DNA of 49,926 nucleotides from Bacteroidia bacterium (lineage in GTDB: Bacteria > Bacteroidota > Bacteroidia > B-17B0 > Aurantibacillaceae): positions 1 through 49,926 of the forward strand of contig JAOABO010000001.1 of assembly GCA_026418315.1 (NCBI GenBank). The letters run 5' to 3'. Shown here one piece after another: positions 1 through 9,069 of the stretch. Position numbers and translations under genes: made by a program. The notes under the pieces were generated by a model. The model was not told the DNA's origin. It did no database searches and saw only the letters and a list, made by a program, of their open reading frames with translations. Each line of letters opens with the position of its first letter. The stretch's first letter is position 1.

Positions 1-412
1 GTGTTGCTACAATGATGTGGGCACCTTTTTTAATTGCTCTAATTTGTGTTTCAATATTAGCACCGCCGTAAACAGCTACAATGTTTATTTTAGGTTGATG
101 TTTTGAAAGATTGATGATGTCGTTAGATATTTGAACACATAATTCACGTGTAGGAGCAATAATGAGTGCCTGTGGGTATTTTTTTTCTACATCAATTTTA
201 TGCAGGAGTGGAATAGCAAAAGCGGCTGTTTTTCCTGTGCCTGTTTGTGCTAATGCAATGATATCAGTGTTTTTTTCTAATAGCAAAGGTATTGTTTGCT
301 GCTGAATGGGAGTTGGTGTGGTATAACCTAGTTCGTCAATAGATTTTTGAATCCAATCTAATAGAGGATAATTTTTGAAAGTAATGCTTTCCCGTGTTTG
401 TTCCATGTTCAT
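1..412 (-). CDS. DEAD-box ATP-dependent RNA helicase, N-terminal part (3' end lies beyond the window edge)
   Basis: My own reverse-strand translation from ATG at 412-410 gives MNMEQTRESITFKNYPLLDWIQKSIDELGYTTPTPIQQQTIPLLLEKNTDIIALAQTGTGKTAAFAIPLL...PTRELCVQI. The Q-motif (PTPIQ), motif I (AQTGTGKT) and motif Ia (PTRELC) are present. The frame stays open to position 1. It is absent from the ORF track because it is truncated by the window. Confidence 0.85.
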   Translation of the reverse strand, partial: MNMEQTRESITFKNYPLLDWIQKSIDELGYTTPTPIQQQTIPLLLEKNTDIIALAQTGTGKTAAFAIPLLHKIDVEKKYPQALIIAPTRELCVQISNDIINLSKHQPKINIVAVYGGANIETQIRAIKKGAHIIVAT

Positions 413-563
413 GTTTTTTGATTTTTTAGCCAGATAAACTTAACTCTGCGAACTTGTAAAACGGCTACTTGTTGTTATAATAGTTCAATAATACAGAATT
501 AAATTTTCTTAGCCGTATTTATATGGTGTGCAATACTACGAAATTAAAAGAGTAAATGCAAAT

Positions 564-593
564 AAAAAACCCTCCTTTTAGGAGGGTTTTTTG
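564..593. terminator. Bidirectional rho-independent terminator between the outer-membrane protein gene and the helicase promoter region
   Basis: AAAAAACCCTCC-TTTA-GGAGGGTTTTTT: a perfect GC-rich stem flanked by an A-run and a T-run, so it can work on either strand. It lies 26 nt beyond the stop of the minus-strand gene 619-1488. Confidence 0.7.
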
Positions 594-618
594 TTAATGT
601 AAATTATTAATCAAAGGA

Positions 619-1488
619 TTAGAAATACAGATTTAATCTCAAAGAACCTGCAGGTCCAAATATTGAGTTGTTGTTATCTGTATCTAAAGCAAAACGGCTT
701 GATTTTCCAATTTTAGTTTGAATAGTTTTTACTGAATTGCTTGCAAAGTCCCAATATTCGGTTGTAGTAGAACCTTCTCCGGTAGAAGAGAAACCTAATC
801 CCCAACCAAATTCACCAGCAATAGAAATTTTTGGTAAGATAAAATATTCTGCACCAATAAAACCTCTTAAACCAAATTGAAAAGTAGAACCATTTTTAAC
901 TTCTGTAGCACGAGAAGCAACAGGAGCAGATGCCATTGTTGTCCAATTAGTAGTAGAGGTAGGAGATGTATTGGTTGAAGAAAATTGATTTCCGTATGTG
1001 TATTTTTCTTTGGAACCACCAATAAATATTCCTAATTCACCACCATAATAACCTTGTAATCTGGTTTTTCCTTTTCTCATTTCAATTCCTCCACTCAGTC
1101 CTATTCCATTGAATGATACAGTTCTCGTATCTTGAACATACTTTGGATCAGGGGTTGTGTTAGTATCATCATCTACAAAGTTAGACATTTTACTGGAACC
1201 AAATCCTAATCTGATAGCTGCTCTGTAAGCAGTTGTTGCATCTTTGAAGTATTTTCCTACAATTGTATTATTACCGGTTAAGAAATTCCAAGTAGGAGCA
1301 GAATTTGCAGCAGTTTTGCCAAAAAAGTTTCCTGCATATTGTAAGAATGGGCTTGCATCAATTCCGATGCCCCAGTCGCCTTCTTCAGGAAGGATAGGTT
1401 CGCCTTTTTTTGAAGTAAGATCCTGTGCGTTAGTTGTGAATAAGCCCAAAGCCAATGTCATGGCTACTGTTGTGATTTGTTTTTTCAT
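619..1488 (-). CDS. Outer-membrane beta-barrel (porin-like) protein, function unknown
   Basis: Track ORF 619-1569, with the start re-called at the internal Met. MKKQITTVAMTLALGLFTTNAQ is a classical signal peptide. The body has alternating hydrophobic, G/S/T-rich strands and ends in the C-terminal ...LRLNLYF typical of OMP barrels. A -7 box lies inside the longer ORF version. Confidence 0.6.
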   Translation of the reverse strand: MKKQITTVAMTLALGLFTTNAQDLTSKKGEPILPEEGDWGIGIDASPFLQYAGNFFGKTAANSAPTWNFLTGNNTIVGKYFKDATTAYRAAIRLGFGSSKMSNFVDDDTNTTPDPKYVQDTRTVSFNGIGLSGGIEMRKGKTRLQGYYGGELGIFIGGSKEKYTYGNQFSSTNTSPTSTTNWTTMASAPVASRATEVKNGSTFQFGLRGFIGAEYFILPKISIAGEFGWGLGFSSTGEGSTTTEYWDFASNSVKTIQTKIGKSSRFALDTDNNNSIFGPAGSLRLNLYF

Positions 1489-1514
1489 ACTTTTAATTTT
1501 TAATGTTAATGGCG

Positions 1515-1547
1515 CAAAGCTATGGAATTTGTTTTTTATTTTCCAAA
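1515..1547 (-). promoter_or_regulatory. Candidate Bacteroidota promoter for the OMP gene (-7 TAGCTTTG, possible -33 TTTG)
   Basis: Plus-strand CAAAGCTA at 1515-1522 equals TAGCTTTG on the minus strand and matches TAnnTTTG. CAAA at 1544-1547 gives TTTG about 21 nt upstream. The box is 27 nt upstream of the ATG at 1488. Confidence 0.35.
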
Positions 1548-1685
1548 TTTGGTGTAGATATTTATTCACAAATAATTGTTAATAAACAAGATAGATTAAA
1601 AATAATTTTTTAATAACAGTAGTAATAGTAGAAGAGATTATTAAACAGAAAATAAATTATAGTAAAAAATTATTCAATAAAAGAA

Positions 1686-2564
1686 TTAGCTTTTGAAAAA
1701 AACTATAATTTGAGTAAGCTTTTGTTTTAAATCTGTACGAGGAATAATTTTATCAAGAAAACCATGTTCTAAAACAAATTCTGCTGTTTGAAATCCTTTT
1801 GGTAAATCTTTACCAATAGTTTCTTTCACCACTCTTGGTCCTGCAAAACCAATGAGGGCACCGGGTTCTGCTATATTTAAATCGCCAAGCATGGCATAAC
1901 TTGCAGTAACACCTCCGGTTGTAGGATCGGTTAATAAAGAGATATAGGGTATTTTGTTTTGTGCTAACTGGTATAATTTTGCAGATGTTTTGGCCATTTG
2001 CATTAAGGAAAAGGGTGCTTCCATCATTCTTGCTCCACCAGATTTTGAGATAATCATAAGTGGAGATTTGGTTTTGATACAAAAATCAACGGCTCTTGCT
2101 ATTTTTTCACCTACCACAGAACCCATAGAGCCACCAATAAATGAAAAATCCATGCAAGCAATTACCCAGTCGTGATCATTTATTTTTCCAAATGCTACTC
2201 TGATAGCATCTTTCAAGTTGGTTTTTTCATACGCTTCTTTAAGGCGGTCGGTATATTTTTTGGTATCCTGAAAATTGAGAGGGTTACTGCTTACTATGTT
2301 ATCAAACATTTCAAAAAATTGCCCGTTGTCAAAAAGAAGATTAAAATATTCCTGGCTTCCTATTTTTTCGTGATAGCCACAATTATCACATACATAGCAG
2401 TTTTTAGCATGGTCTTGTGTTGTGGTAATTTTTTTACATGATGGGCATTTGTACCATAAACCTTCGGGTGTTTCTTTTTTTTCTCTTGTAGATGTAGTGA
2501 TACCTTCTTTTATTCTTTTGAACCAACTCATAGATTGTGTTTGCGTTTGAACTTCTGCTTCCAT
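1686..2564 (-). CDS. accD: Acetyl-CoA carboxylase carboxyltransferase beta subunit
   Basis: Contains MSWFKR..., the zinc ribbon CPSCKK...CDNCGYH, and the carboxyltransferase core ([32 protein letters not shown]). The true start may be the internal MSWFKR Met at 2531. Confidence 0.9.
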   Translation of the reverse strand: MEAEVQTQTQSMSWFKRIKEGITTSTREKKETPEGLWYKCPSCKKITTTQDHAKNCYVCDNCGYHEKIGSQEYFNLLFDNGQFFEMFDNIVSSNPLNFQDTKKYTDRLKEAYEKTNLKDAIRVAFGKINDHDWVIACMDFSFIGGSMGSVVGEKIARAVDFCIKTKSPLMIISKSGGARMMEAPFSLMQMAKTSAKLYQLAQNKIPYISLLTDPTTGGVTASYAMLGDLNIAEPGALIGFAGPRVVKETIGKDLPKGFQTAEFVLEHGFLDKIIPRTDLKQKLTQIIVFFKS

Positions 2565-2576
2565 CTTTTATTACCT

Positions 2577-3647
2577 TTATGCAATAGTAATTTTTTTATT
2601 AAGATAAACATCCTGTATAGTATTTAATAACTGAATGCCTTCTTTCATGGGTTTTTGAAATGCTTTTCTTCCAGAAATGAGCCCCTGCCCACCCGCTCTT
2701 TTATTGATAACGGCTGTAATGACGGCTTCCTGCAAATCTGTTGCGCCCTTACTTTCTCCACCGCTGTTAATAAGCCCGATTCTTCCCATATAGCAATTGG
2801 CTACCTGATAACGACACAAATCAATAGGATGGTCAGTAGTTAATTCTGAATAAACTTTTGGATGGGTTTTGCCAAAATTGATGGCCGTATAACCCCCATT
2901 GTTAGTGGGTAGTTTTTGTTTGATAATATCTGCCTGAATAGTAACACCGATGTGGTTGGCTTGTCCTGTAAGGTCTGCTGAGGTATGATAATCTATACCA
3001 TCTTTTTTGAATGCAGAATTTCTTAAATAACACCATAAAATAGTAGCCATGCCCAATTCGTGAGCATATTCAAATGCTTCTGCTATTTCTACAATTTGGC
3101 GGGATGATTCAGAAGACCCAAAATAGATAGTGGCTCCTACTGCCACAGCTCCCATGTTCCACGCGTCTTTAATAGTACCGAATAAAATCTGATCATATTT
3201 ATTTGGATAAGTTAAAAATTCGTTATGATTGATTTTAACTATAAAGGGTATTTTGTGGGCATATTTTCTTGAAACAGCACCTAAAACCCCAAAAGTGGAA
3301 GCAACGGCATTACATCCTCCTTCAATAGCCAGTTTAACAATATTTTCAGGGTCAAAGTAGATAGGATTGGGGGCAAAGGATGCACCGGCGCTGTGCTCAA
3401 TTCCCTGGTCTACAGGAAGAATGTTTAAGTATCCTGTTCCTGCCAAACGACCTGTGTTGTATATTTGATTTAAACTTCTTAGTACTTGTGGGTTCCTATT
3501 AGACAAACCAAACGATTCATCTATAAATTTTTTACCAGGTAACATTAGTTGTTCTTTTGGAATTCCTTTGCAAGTATGTTCTAAATAATAAGATGCTTTG
3601 TCGCCTAATAATTCCGTTATATCTGGCTTTGAGGTTTTAGTTTCCAT
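2577..3647 (-). CDS. fbaB: Class I fructose-bisphosphate aldolase (FbaB/DhnA type)
   Basis: 356 aa, similar in length and pattern to E. coli FbaB-type aldolases ([24 protein letters not shown]). It sits 13 nt upstream of accD on the same strand. Confidence 0.8.
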   Translation of the reverse strand: METKTSKPDITELLGDKASYYLEHTCKGIPKEQLMLPGKKFIDESFGLSNRNPQVLRSLNQIYNTGRLAGTGYLNILPVDQGIEHSAGASFAPNPIYFDPENIVKLAIEGGCNAVASTFGVLGAVSRKYAHKIPFIVKINHNEFLTYPNKYDQILFGTIKDAWNMGAVAVGATIYFGSSESSRQIVEIAEAFEYAHELGMATILWCYLRNSAFKKDGIDYHTSADLTGQANHIGVTIQADIIKQKLPTNNGGYTAINFGKTHPKVYSELTTDHPIDLCRYQVANCYMGRIGLINSGGESKGATDLQEAVITAVINKRAGGQGLISGRKAFQKPMKEGIQLLNTIQDVYLNKKITIA

Positions 3648-3781
3648 AGGTTATCTTTTTATTCTATCAGTTTTTTTGATGGGGGTAAATTTACCAATTT
3701 ATGTTTCAATATAGAATTTCAATTGGTCTAAAATATAATATTTCGAATGATAAATATTTGATTAACAATAATTTAAAAATG

Positions 3782-4597
3782 TTAATATTGTTCTTTTTCG
3801 TTAGGAAAATTTCCTGATTTAACGTCTTTAATGTATGTCTGAAATGCTTGTGTCATAACTTCATACAAATTAGCGTATCTTCTTAAAAAGCGCGGACTGA
3901 ATTCATTATTCATTCCTAGCATATCATGGGTTACCAATACCTGTCCATCTACATATTTTCCTGCACCAATGCCTATTACGGGAATTTTAAGTGCCGATGC
4001 TACTTTTTTGCCTAATGCGGCGGGTATTTTTTCCAAAACAACAGCAAAGCATCCTAATTTTTCAAGTAACAGAGCATCCTTATATAATTGTTCTGCTTCT
4101 GCTTCTTCTCTTGCTCGTACTTCATAAGTTCCGAATTTATAGATGGATTGCGGAACAAGCCCAAGGTGCCCCATAACGGGTATACCAGCAGATAGTATTC
4201 TTTCTATGCTTTCTTTAACATTTTCACCTCCTTCTAATTTTACAGCATGGGCACCACTTTCTTTCATAATGCGGATGGCAGAATTGAGCGCTTCTTTTGA
4301 GTTTCCTTGATAAGTGCCAAAAGGTAAATCTACTACAATAAGTGCTCTCTGAACAGCTCTTACTACAGATGAGGCGTGATAAATCATTTGGTCTAATGTA
4401 ATGGGTAAAGTGGTTTCGTGTCCGGCCATCACATTACTGGCTGAGTCGCCGACTAATATGACATCTATTCCTGAGCGGTCTATAATTTTTGCCATTGTAT
4501 AGTCATAAGCTGTCAGCATGGATATTTTGATACCTGCTTCTTTCATCTCGTACAAAGCGTGGGTAGTTATTTTTTTGTATTCCTTTATTGTTGTCAT
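3782..4597 (-). CDS. panB: 3-methyl-2-oxobutanoate hydroxymethyltransferase
   Basis: 271 aa with [32 protein letters not shown] and [12 protein letters not shown], all characteristic PanB blocks. Confidence 0.9.
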   Translation of the reverse strand: MTTIKEYKKITTHALYEMKEAGIKISMLTAYDYTMAKIIDRSGIDVILVGDSASNVMAGHETTLPITLDQMIYHASSVVRAVQRALIVVDLPFGTYQGNSKEALNSAIRIMKESGAHAVKLEGGENVKESIERILSAGIPVMGHLGLVPQSIYKFGTYEVRAREEAEAEQLYKDALLLEKLGCFAVVLEKIPAALGKKVASALKIPVIGIGAGKYVDGQVLVTHDMLGMNNEFSPRFLRRYANLYEVMTQAFQTYIKDVKSGNFPNEKEQY

Positions 4598-4615
4598 GTT
4601 ACTTATATTAAAAAT

Positions 4616-4657
4616 AAAAACCCCTATCGTTTGTTAATAAACGACGGGGTTTTTTGT
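4616..4657 (-). terminator. Rho-independent terminator ending the sucC / lipoprotein / 170-aa gene string
   Basis: AAAAACCCC-TATCGTTTGTTAATAAACGAC-GGGGTTTTT. CCCC/GGGG and TCGTT/AACGA pair with a small bulge. Read on the minus strand it is followed by TTTTTATTTT. It lies 24 nt past the stop at 4681. Confidence 0.6.
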
Positions 4658-4680
4658 TTGCAAAACATTTTTTCAGGGTA

Positions 4681-5193
4681 TTAGTATTTGCTAAATCCTT
4701 GTATTTCTGTTTTTTTATGTTCAATGAGTAAACCCAGGCAAGCAGCATCTTTTGCTTTTAAATTATTATTGCTTGCTTCGGTAGCTCCTTCTGGAATGAA
4801 TACTTCAATAATAATGGGGCGGGTAGATGCACTTTGAAACTCAAATACCTGAGTATTTTCAGAAGTGGCGTTATCAAAAAGCAATTCGTTCGTTTTAGCA
4901 TCATAAATTTTAAAGTTAAGTTTATCTCCAAGTGCAGTTTCTGCACATAGAGTTAATCTATAATCCATCCCTTTGTATATTACGCATCTTATTTTAGAAG
5001 CCATTCCCTGAGAAAATAAGCCGCTTCTGCTTTGGGAATTGTATTCCCATTTTTCTCCTTTTTCTTTATCTAATTTACAGTATTTTTTATGAAACTGTCC
5101 GCAAGCGGATACTTGAGATACTAATTCTCGCTTTTGAGCAAACACAATGCTTACCGTTGCAATTAATAAAAAAGACAAAATACTTTTTTTCAT
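4681..5193 (-). CDS. Secreted hypothetical protein (170 aa, several Cys)
   Basis: The signal peptide is MKKSILSFLLIATVSIVFAQ. I recognise no family. It is co-directional and close to the upstream lipoprotein gene and is followed by a terminator. Confidence 0.6.
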   Translation of the reverse strand: MKKSILSFLLIATVSIVFAQKRELVSQVSACGQFHKKYCKLDKEKGEKWEYNSQSRSGLFSQGMASKIRCVIYKGMDYRLTLCAETALGDKLNFKIYDAKTNELLFDNATSENTQVFEFQSASTRPIIIEVFIPEGATEASNNNLKAKDAACLGLLIEHKKTEIQGFSKY

Positions 5194-5213
5194 AATTATA
5201 TTTTTTGGGGTTT

Positions 5214-6119
5214 TTATTGATTTTGTGTATACTGATTACGGATATTAGTAATTTTGGTTTTAATTTCAGTATAGATTTTTTCATCTATGAGTAAATTAAC
5301 ACCACCTCCAATTATCTTTTTATTACCTTCATTTTTAGTATCTACATTATTTATTTTCTCTTCTTTTAATAAACTGAATGATTTCATTAAATCTTCTAAG
5401 TCAGCTTTTACTTGTTTTACATCATCGTTATTTGTTTCATGTTTCTTTAAAAACTCAATCAGGTTTTCTAATGTATATTTTTGATCTTTAATTCTTTGAA
5501 TGACTGGATTAGAAGCATCAAACTTATCGACCATATTTACCGCAATATACATGCTTTCTATCCACCCCCCGGCTACTACCAGTGCTAACGTTCCACCTTG
5601 TTTGCTTTCGTCAAGTGTTTCAAAACTGGTAAAATACAAATCATCTGTAATAGAACTTAAAGAATCGGTATTATCAATGTTTTTTTCTATTCGTGCTAAT
5701 ATTTGAGGTTGAATGGTAGAAGACAGACCCATTTGGTCGCCCAATTGTTTTACTATTTTAAAGTATTTAATGGACTCTGCTCCCATATTGAATATGCTGC
5801 AATAGCTCAGGTCAGTAGAGTATATCCCAAAGTTAAGTGCTTTGGATTTATTGTCTGTATATTTTGTAATGTTTTGGGGTGAGTTCAGAATGTCTAACTT
5901 ATTTTTATCTCTTTTACCTACCGATTTAATAAAAGAAAGCATTTCGCCAGGAGAGGGTACTTGAAAGAAGGTTTCATAATTACTTGATGTGTTTTCATTG
6001 GTTTGAACAGAAGTAGTATCCTTTACTATGGATACTTCTTCTTCTTTATCTCCTGAACAGGACGTGTTAAGAAGAGAAATGGCTATAATTGTAGTGATAA
6101 AAATTTGTTTTACTTTCAT
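5214..6119 (-). CDS. Hypothetical lipoprotein (301 aa)
   Basis: There is a lipobox-like N-terminus, ...AISLLNTSC-SGDKEEE. No family recognised. The start is 12 nt downstream of the sucC stop. Confidence 0.65.
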   Translation of the reverse strand: MKVKQIFITTIIAISLLNTSCSGDKEEEVSIVKDTTSVQTNENTSSNYETFFQVPSPGEMLSFIKSVGKRDKNKLDILNSPQNITKYTDNKSKALNFGIYSTDLSYCSIFNMGAESIKYFKIVKQLGDQMGLSSTIQPQILARIEKNIDNTDSLSSITDDLYFTSFETLDESKQGGTLALVVAGGWIESMYIAVNMVDKFDASNPVIQRIKDQKYTLENLIEFLKKHETNNDDVKQVKADLEDLMKSFSLLKEEKINNVDTKNEGNKKIIGGGVNLLIDEKIYTEIKTKITNIRNQYTQNQ

Positions 6120-6131
6120 AAGTATTGGTTT

Positions 6132-7325
6132 TTAATTTTTAATCAATTGTTTTACAAGGTTAGCGGCCTCCTGCAATTCTATAGCAGAATATACTTTTAG
6201 GCCTGATTGATCTATCAGTTGTTTGGCTAGTTCTGCATTGGTGCCCTGTAAGCGAACGATAAGCGGAACAGGAATATTGCCGAGATTTTTGTATGCATCT
6301 ACAATTCCTTGCGCTACGCGATCGCAACGAACAATGCCACCAAATATGTTCACTAAAATGGCTTTTACATTTTTATCTTTTAGAATGATGCGAAAAGCTT
6401 TTTCTACTCTTTCAGCATTAGCGGTTCCTCCTACATCTAAAAAGTTGGCGGGTTCTCCACCTGATAATTTGATAATATCCATGGTAGCCATTGCTAATCC
6501 TGCACCATTTACCATACATCCTACATTACCGTCGAGTTTCACATAATTTAACCCGGCTGCTTTTGCTTCTACTTCAGTAGGGTCTTCTTCTAAAATATCT
6601 CTCATTTCGGCTAAATCAGGGTGTCTGAAAAGAGCATTATCATCTAATACTACTTTTGCATCTACTGCAATGATTTTATCATCTGATGTTTTCAGAAGTG
6701 GATTGATTTCAAATAAACTGGCATCTATTGATTCATAGGCCTTGTATAATTTTGCAACAAAAGAAGTCATTTCTTTAAAGGCATTACCAGTTAATCCTAA
6801 ATTAAATGCTATTTTTCTTGCCTGAAAGGGTAATAGGCCCACTTTGGGGTCAATGGTTTCTTTCCATATAAGATGGGGTGTTTTTTCTGCGACTTCTTCA
6901 ATTTCCATCCCACCTTCGGTAGAATACATGATAACATTTCTTCCTTTGGAACGGTCGAGCAGAATACTCATGTAAAATTCTTTGGTAGGTTGTGGTCCTG
7001 GATAATAGACATCTTGTGCAATAAGTATTTTATGAACTTTTTTGCCTTTTGGACCGGTTTGAGGGGTAATGAGTTGCATTCCTAAAATGGCAGATGCTTT
7101 ATCTTTTAATTCATCTAAATTTTTAGCTACTTTTACTCCTCCGCCTTTGCCTCTTCCGCCAGCATGTATTTGTGCTTTAATGACAGTAATAGGAGAATTG
7201 AATTTTGTTTTAATCTCTTCATATCCTTTCACTGCTTGTTCAAGATTTTCAGCTACCACCCCTTCCTGCACGGTTACACCAAAGGATTTTAAAATTTGTT
7301 TACCTTGATATTCGTGTAAATTCAT
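6132..7325 (-). CDS. sucC: Succinyl-CoA synthetase (ADP-forming) beta subunit
   Basis: MNLHEYQGKQIL..., AQIHAGGRGKGGGVK and NIFGGIVRCD are canonical SucC ATP-grasp and CoA-ligase blocks. No sucD lies next to it. Confidence 0.95.
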   Translation of the reverse strand: MNLHEYQGKQILKSFGVTVQEGVVAENLEQAVKGYEEIKTKFNSPITVIKAQIHAGGRGKGGGVKVAKNLDELKDKASAILGMQLITPQTGPKGKKVHKILIAQDVYYPGPQPTKEFYMSILLDRSKGRNVIMYSTEGGMEIEEVAEKTPHLIWKETIDPKVGLLPFQARKIAFNLGLTGNAFKEMTSFVAKLYKAYESIDASLFEINPLLKTSDDKIIAVDAKVVLDDNALFRHPDLAEMRDILEEDPTEVEAKAAGLNYVKLDGNVGCMVNGAGLAMATMDIIKLSGGEPANFLDVGGTANAERVEKAFRIILKDKNVKAILVNIFGGIVRCDRVAQGIVDAYKNLGNIPVPLIVRLQGTNAELAKQLIDQSGLKVYSAIELQEAANLVKQLIKN

Positions 7326-7347
7326 AAAATATAAGTTAAAATCGGGT

Positions 7348-7355
7348 CAAAGGTA
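7348..7355 (-). promoter_or_regulatory. Candidate -7 box (TACCTTTG) for sucC
   Basis: Plus-strand CAAAGGTA equals minus-strand TACCTTTG and matches the Bacteroidota -7 consensus TAnnTTTG. It is 23 nt upstream of the sucC ATG. Confidence 0.4.
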
Positions 7356-7406
7356 CATTTTTTTATTTTTTCTTTGAAAAATATTTTTTGGTTTTTTATA
7401 ACATAA

Positions 7407-7438
7407 TTTGGTTTATAGAAAAATAATCATTATGTTTG
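7407..7438 (+). promoter_or_regulatory. Candidate promoter (-33 TTTG, -7 TATGTTTG) for the 137-aa periplasmic protein gene
   Basis: TTTG at 7407-7410 and TATGTTTG at 7431-7438 are spaced 20 nt apart. The -7 box ends 14 nt before the ATG at 7452. Confidence 0.45.
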
Positions 7439-7451
7439 CAGCATAAAAATT

Positions 7452-7865
7452 ATGATTATGAAAAAAATAATGTTGGTTTTAGGAATAGCCGGAGTAATAG
7501 TGGCGTTTGCTCCTCATACCATTCATGCTCAAACAAGTGCTAAGAGTACCATGACTCCTGCTCAAGACCTTGAGGCAAAAGCAGAAAGACATACTCAGGA
7601 AGCCACCAAAGAATTGGCACTCAATGATGAGCAGAAGAGTAAGTTTAAGAAATTTGCTATGGATAGATTATATAAGATACAACCTATTCAGGAAAAAATA
7701 AAAGCTGCTTCAAATGAAAAAGAAAAGGAAAACCTTAAGTTGCAAAAAAAACAGATTAATGATGAGTTTATCAAAAATGTAAATACTATACTAACTCCCG
7801 CTCAACAGGAAATATTTAAGAAAAAAATGGAAAAAAAATTAGAGAAAGACGAACATAAACATTAA
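7452..7865 (+). CDS. Periplasmic Spy/CpxP-like (LTXXQ-motif) helical protein
   Basis: It has a signal peptide (MKKIMLVLGIAGVIVAFAPHTIHAQ), a K/E-rich helical body, and LNDEQ and LTPAQQ motifs resembling the LTXXQ repeats of the CpxP/Spy family. Confidence 0.5.
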   Translation: MIMKKIMLVLGIAGVIVAFAPHTIHAQTSAKSTMTPAQDLEAKAERHTQEATKELALNDEQKSKFKKFAMDRLYKIQPIQEKIKAASNEKEKENLKLQKKQINDEFIKNVNTILTPAQQEIFKKKMEKKLEKDEHKH

Positions 7866-7882
7866 AAATTTTTGAGGTTATT

Positions 7883-7910
7883 AAAGCCCTCTTTTGAGAG
7901 GGCTTTTTTA
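7883..7910 (+). terminator. Rho-independent terminator
   Basis: AAAGCCCTC-TTTTGA-GAGGGCTTTTTTATTTT, 18 nt after the stop at 7865. Confidence 0.7.
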
Positions 7911-7921
7911 TTTTAAATGCG

Positions 7922-9055
7922 ATGAGTAGCTTATATATTCATATACCTTTTTGTCATTACAAGTGTTCCTATTGCGATTTTCATTTTTCAGTCAATAAAA
8001 AATCAAAAGATAAAGTTATTGATGCTATAATAAAAGAAATTATTGAAAGACAAGATTATCTGCAATCAAAAGAATTAGATACTATTTATTTTGGAGGTGG
8101 TACGCCCTCTGTTTTATCAATAGAAGAATGGGTAAAAATTTTTCATCATTTATCTAACATTTATACATGGAATAAAAACACTGAAATTACTGTAGAATGC
8201 AATCCTGAAGACGTGAATATAGGGTACTTGCTTGTATTAAAAAATTTAGGCGTGAATAGAATCAGCTTGGGTGTTCAATCCTTAAACGACAAAGTATTGG
8301 CATGGATGGGAAGAAAGCACAAAGTGGCTCATGCATTAAAAAGTATAAAGGATATTCAGCAAGCAGGGATAGAAAATTTTTCTATTGATTTGATATTTGG
8401 AATACCTTTTTATGATATGAAAAATTTGGAAAAAGATATTTATTTTCTACTCAATCAATTCAACATTCCGCATATTTCTGCCTATCAACTTACAGTTGAA
8501 CCAAAAACAAAGTTAAATTATTTAGTTAGAAAAAAGAAAATATCTTTTGCTAATGAAGATAAGGTAAGAAATGAGTTTTTAATGCTTCATGATACTTTAA
8601 ATAATAAGGGATATTTGCATTATGAAGTTTCTAATTATGCAAAAGAAGGATATATTGCAAAACATAATTCTGCATATTGGTTACAAAAAACGTATTGTGG
8701 TATAGGACCTTCTGCTCATTCATATAACGGTATAGAAAGACGATGGAATGTATCTAATAATTATGTGTATGCAAATAGTATCTCCGAAGGAAAAATTTAT
8801 TATGAAAAGGAAATTTTGAATGCTAATCAAAAGTTTAATGAATATGTATTCACCAGATTAAGAACAACATTTGGATGTAACTTGAATGAAATAAAAGTAA
8901 ATTTTGGGGAAAAGTATGCAAAACATTTTTTAGATGCGTATAGTAAAAATAAAGCTTATTTTGAAGTGGATGAAAAAAATCAAAAATACTATCTAAGTCC
9001 TTCAAACGGATATCTTATGGCAGACAAAATTTCTCTTAATTTTTTTGTAGTATAG
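7922..9055 (+). CDS. hemW: Radical SAM heme chaperone HemW (coproporphyrinogen III oxidase-like)
   Basis: 377 aa with the N-terminal YIHIPFCHYKCSYCDF radical-SAM CxxxCxxC motif. Length and layout fit HemW rather than the longer HemN. Confidence 0.8.
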   Translation: MSSLYIHIPFCHYKCSYCDFHFSVNKKSKDKVIDAIIKEIIERQDYLQSKELDTIYFGGGTPSVLSIEEWVKIFHHLSNIYTWNKNTEITVECNPEDVNIGYLLVLKNLGVNRISLGVQSLNDKVLAWMGRKHKVAHALKSIKDIQQAGIENFSIDLIFGIPFYDMKNLEKDIYFLLNQFNIPHISAYQLTVEPKTKLNYLVRKKKISFANEDKVRNEFLMLHDTLNNKGYLHYEVSNYAKEGYIAKHNSAYWLQKTYCGIGPSAHSYNGIERRWNVSNNYVYANSISEGKIYYEKEILNANQKFNEYVFTRLRTTFGCNLNEIKVNFGEKYAKHFLDAYSKNKAYFEVDEKNQKYYLSPSNGYLMADKISLNFFVV

Positions 9056-9069
9056 ATAATAGAAGAAGT

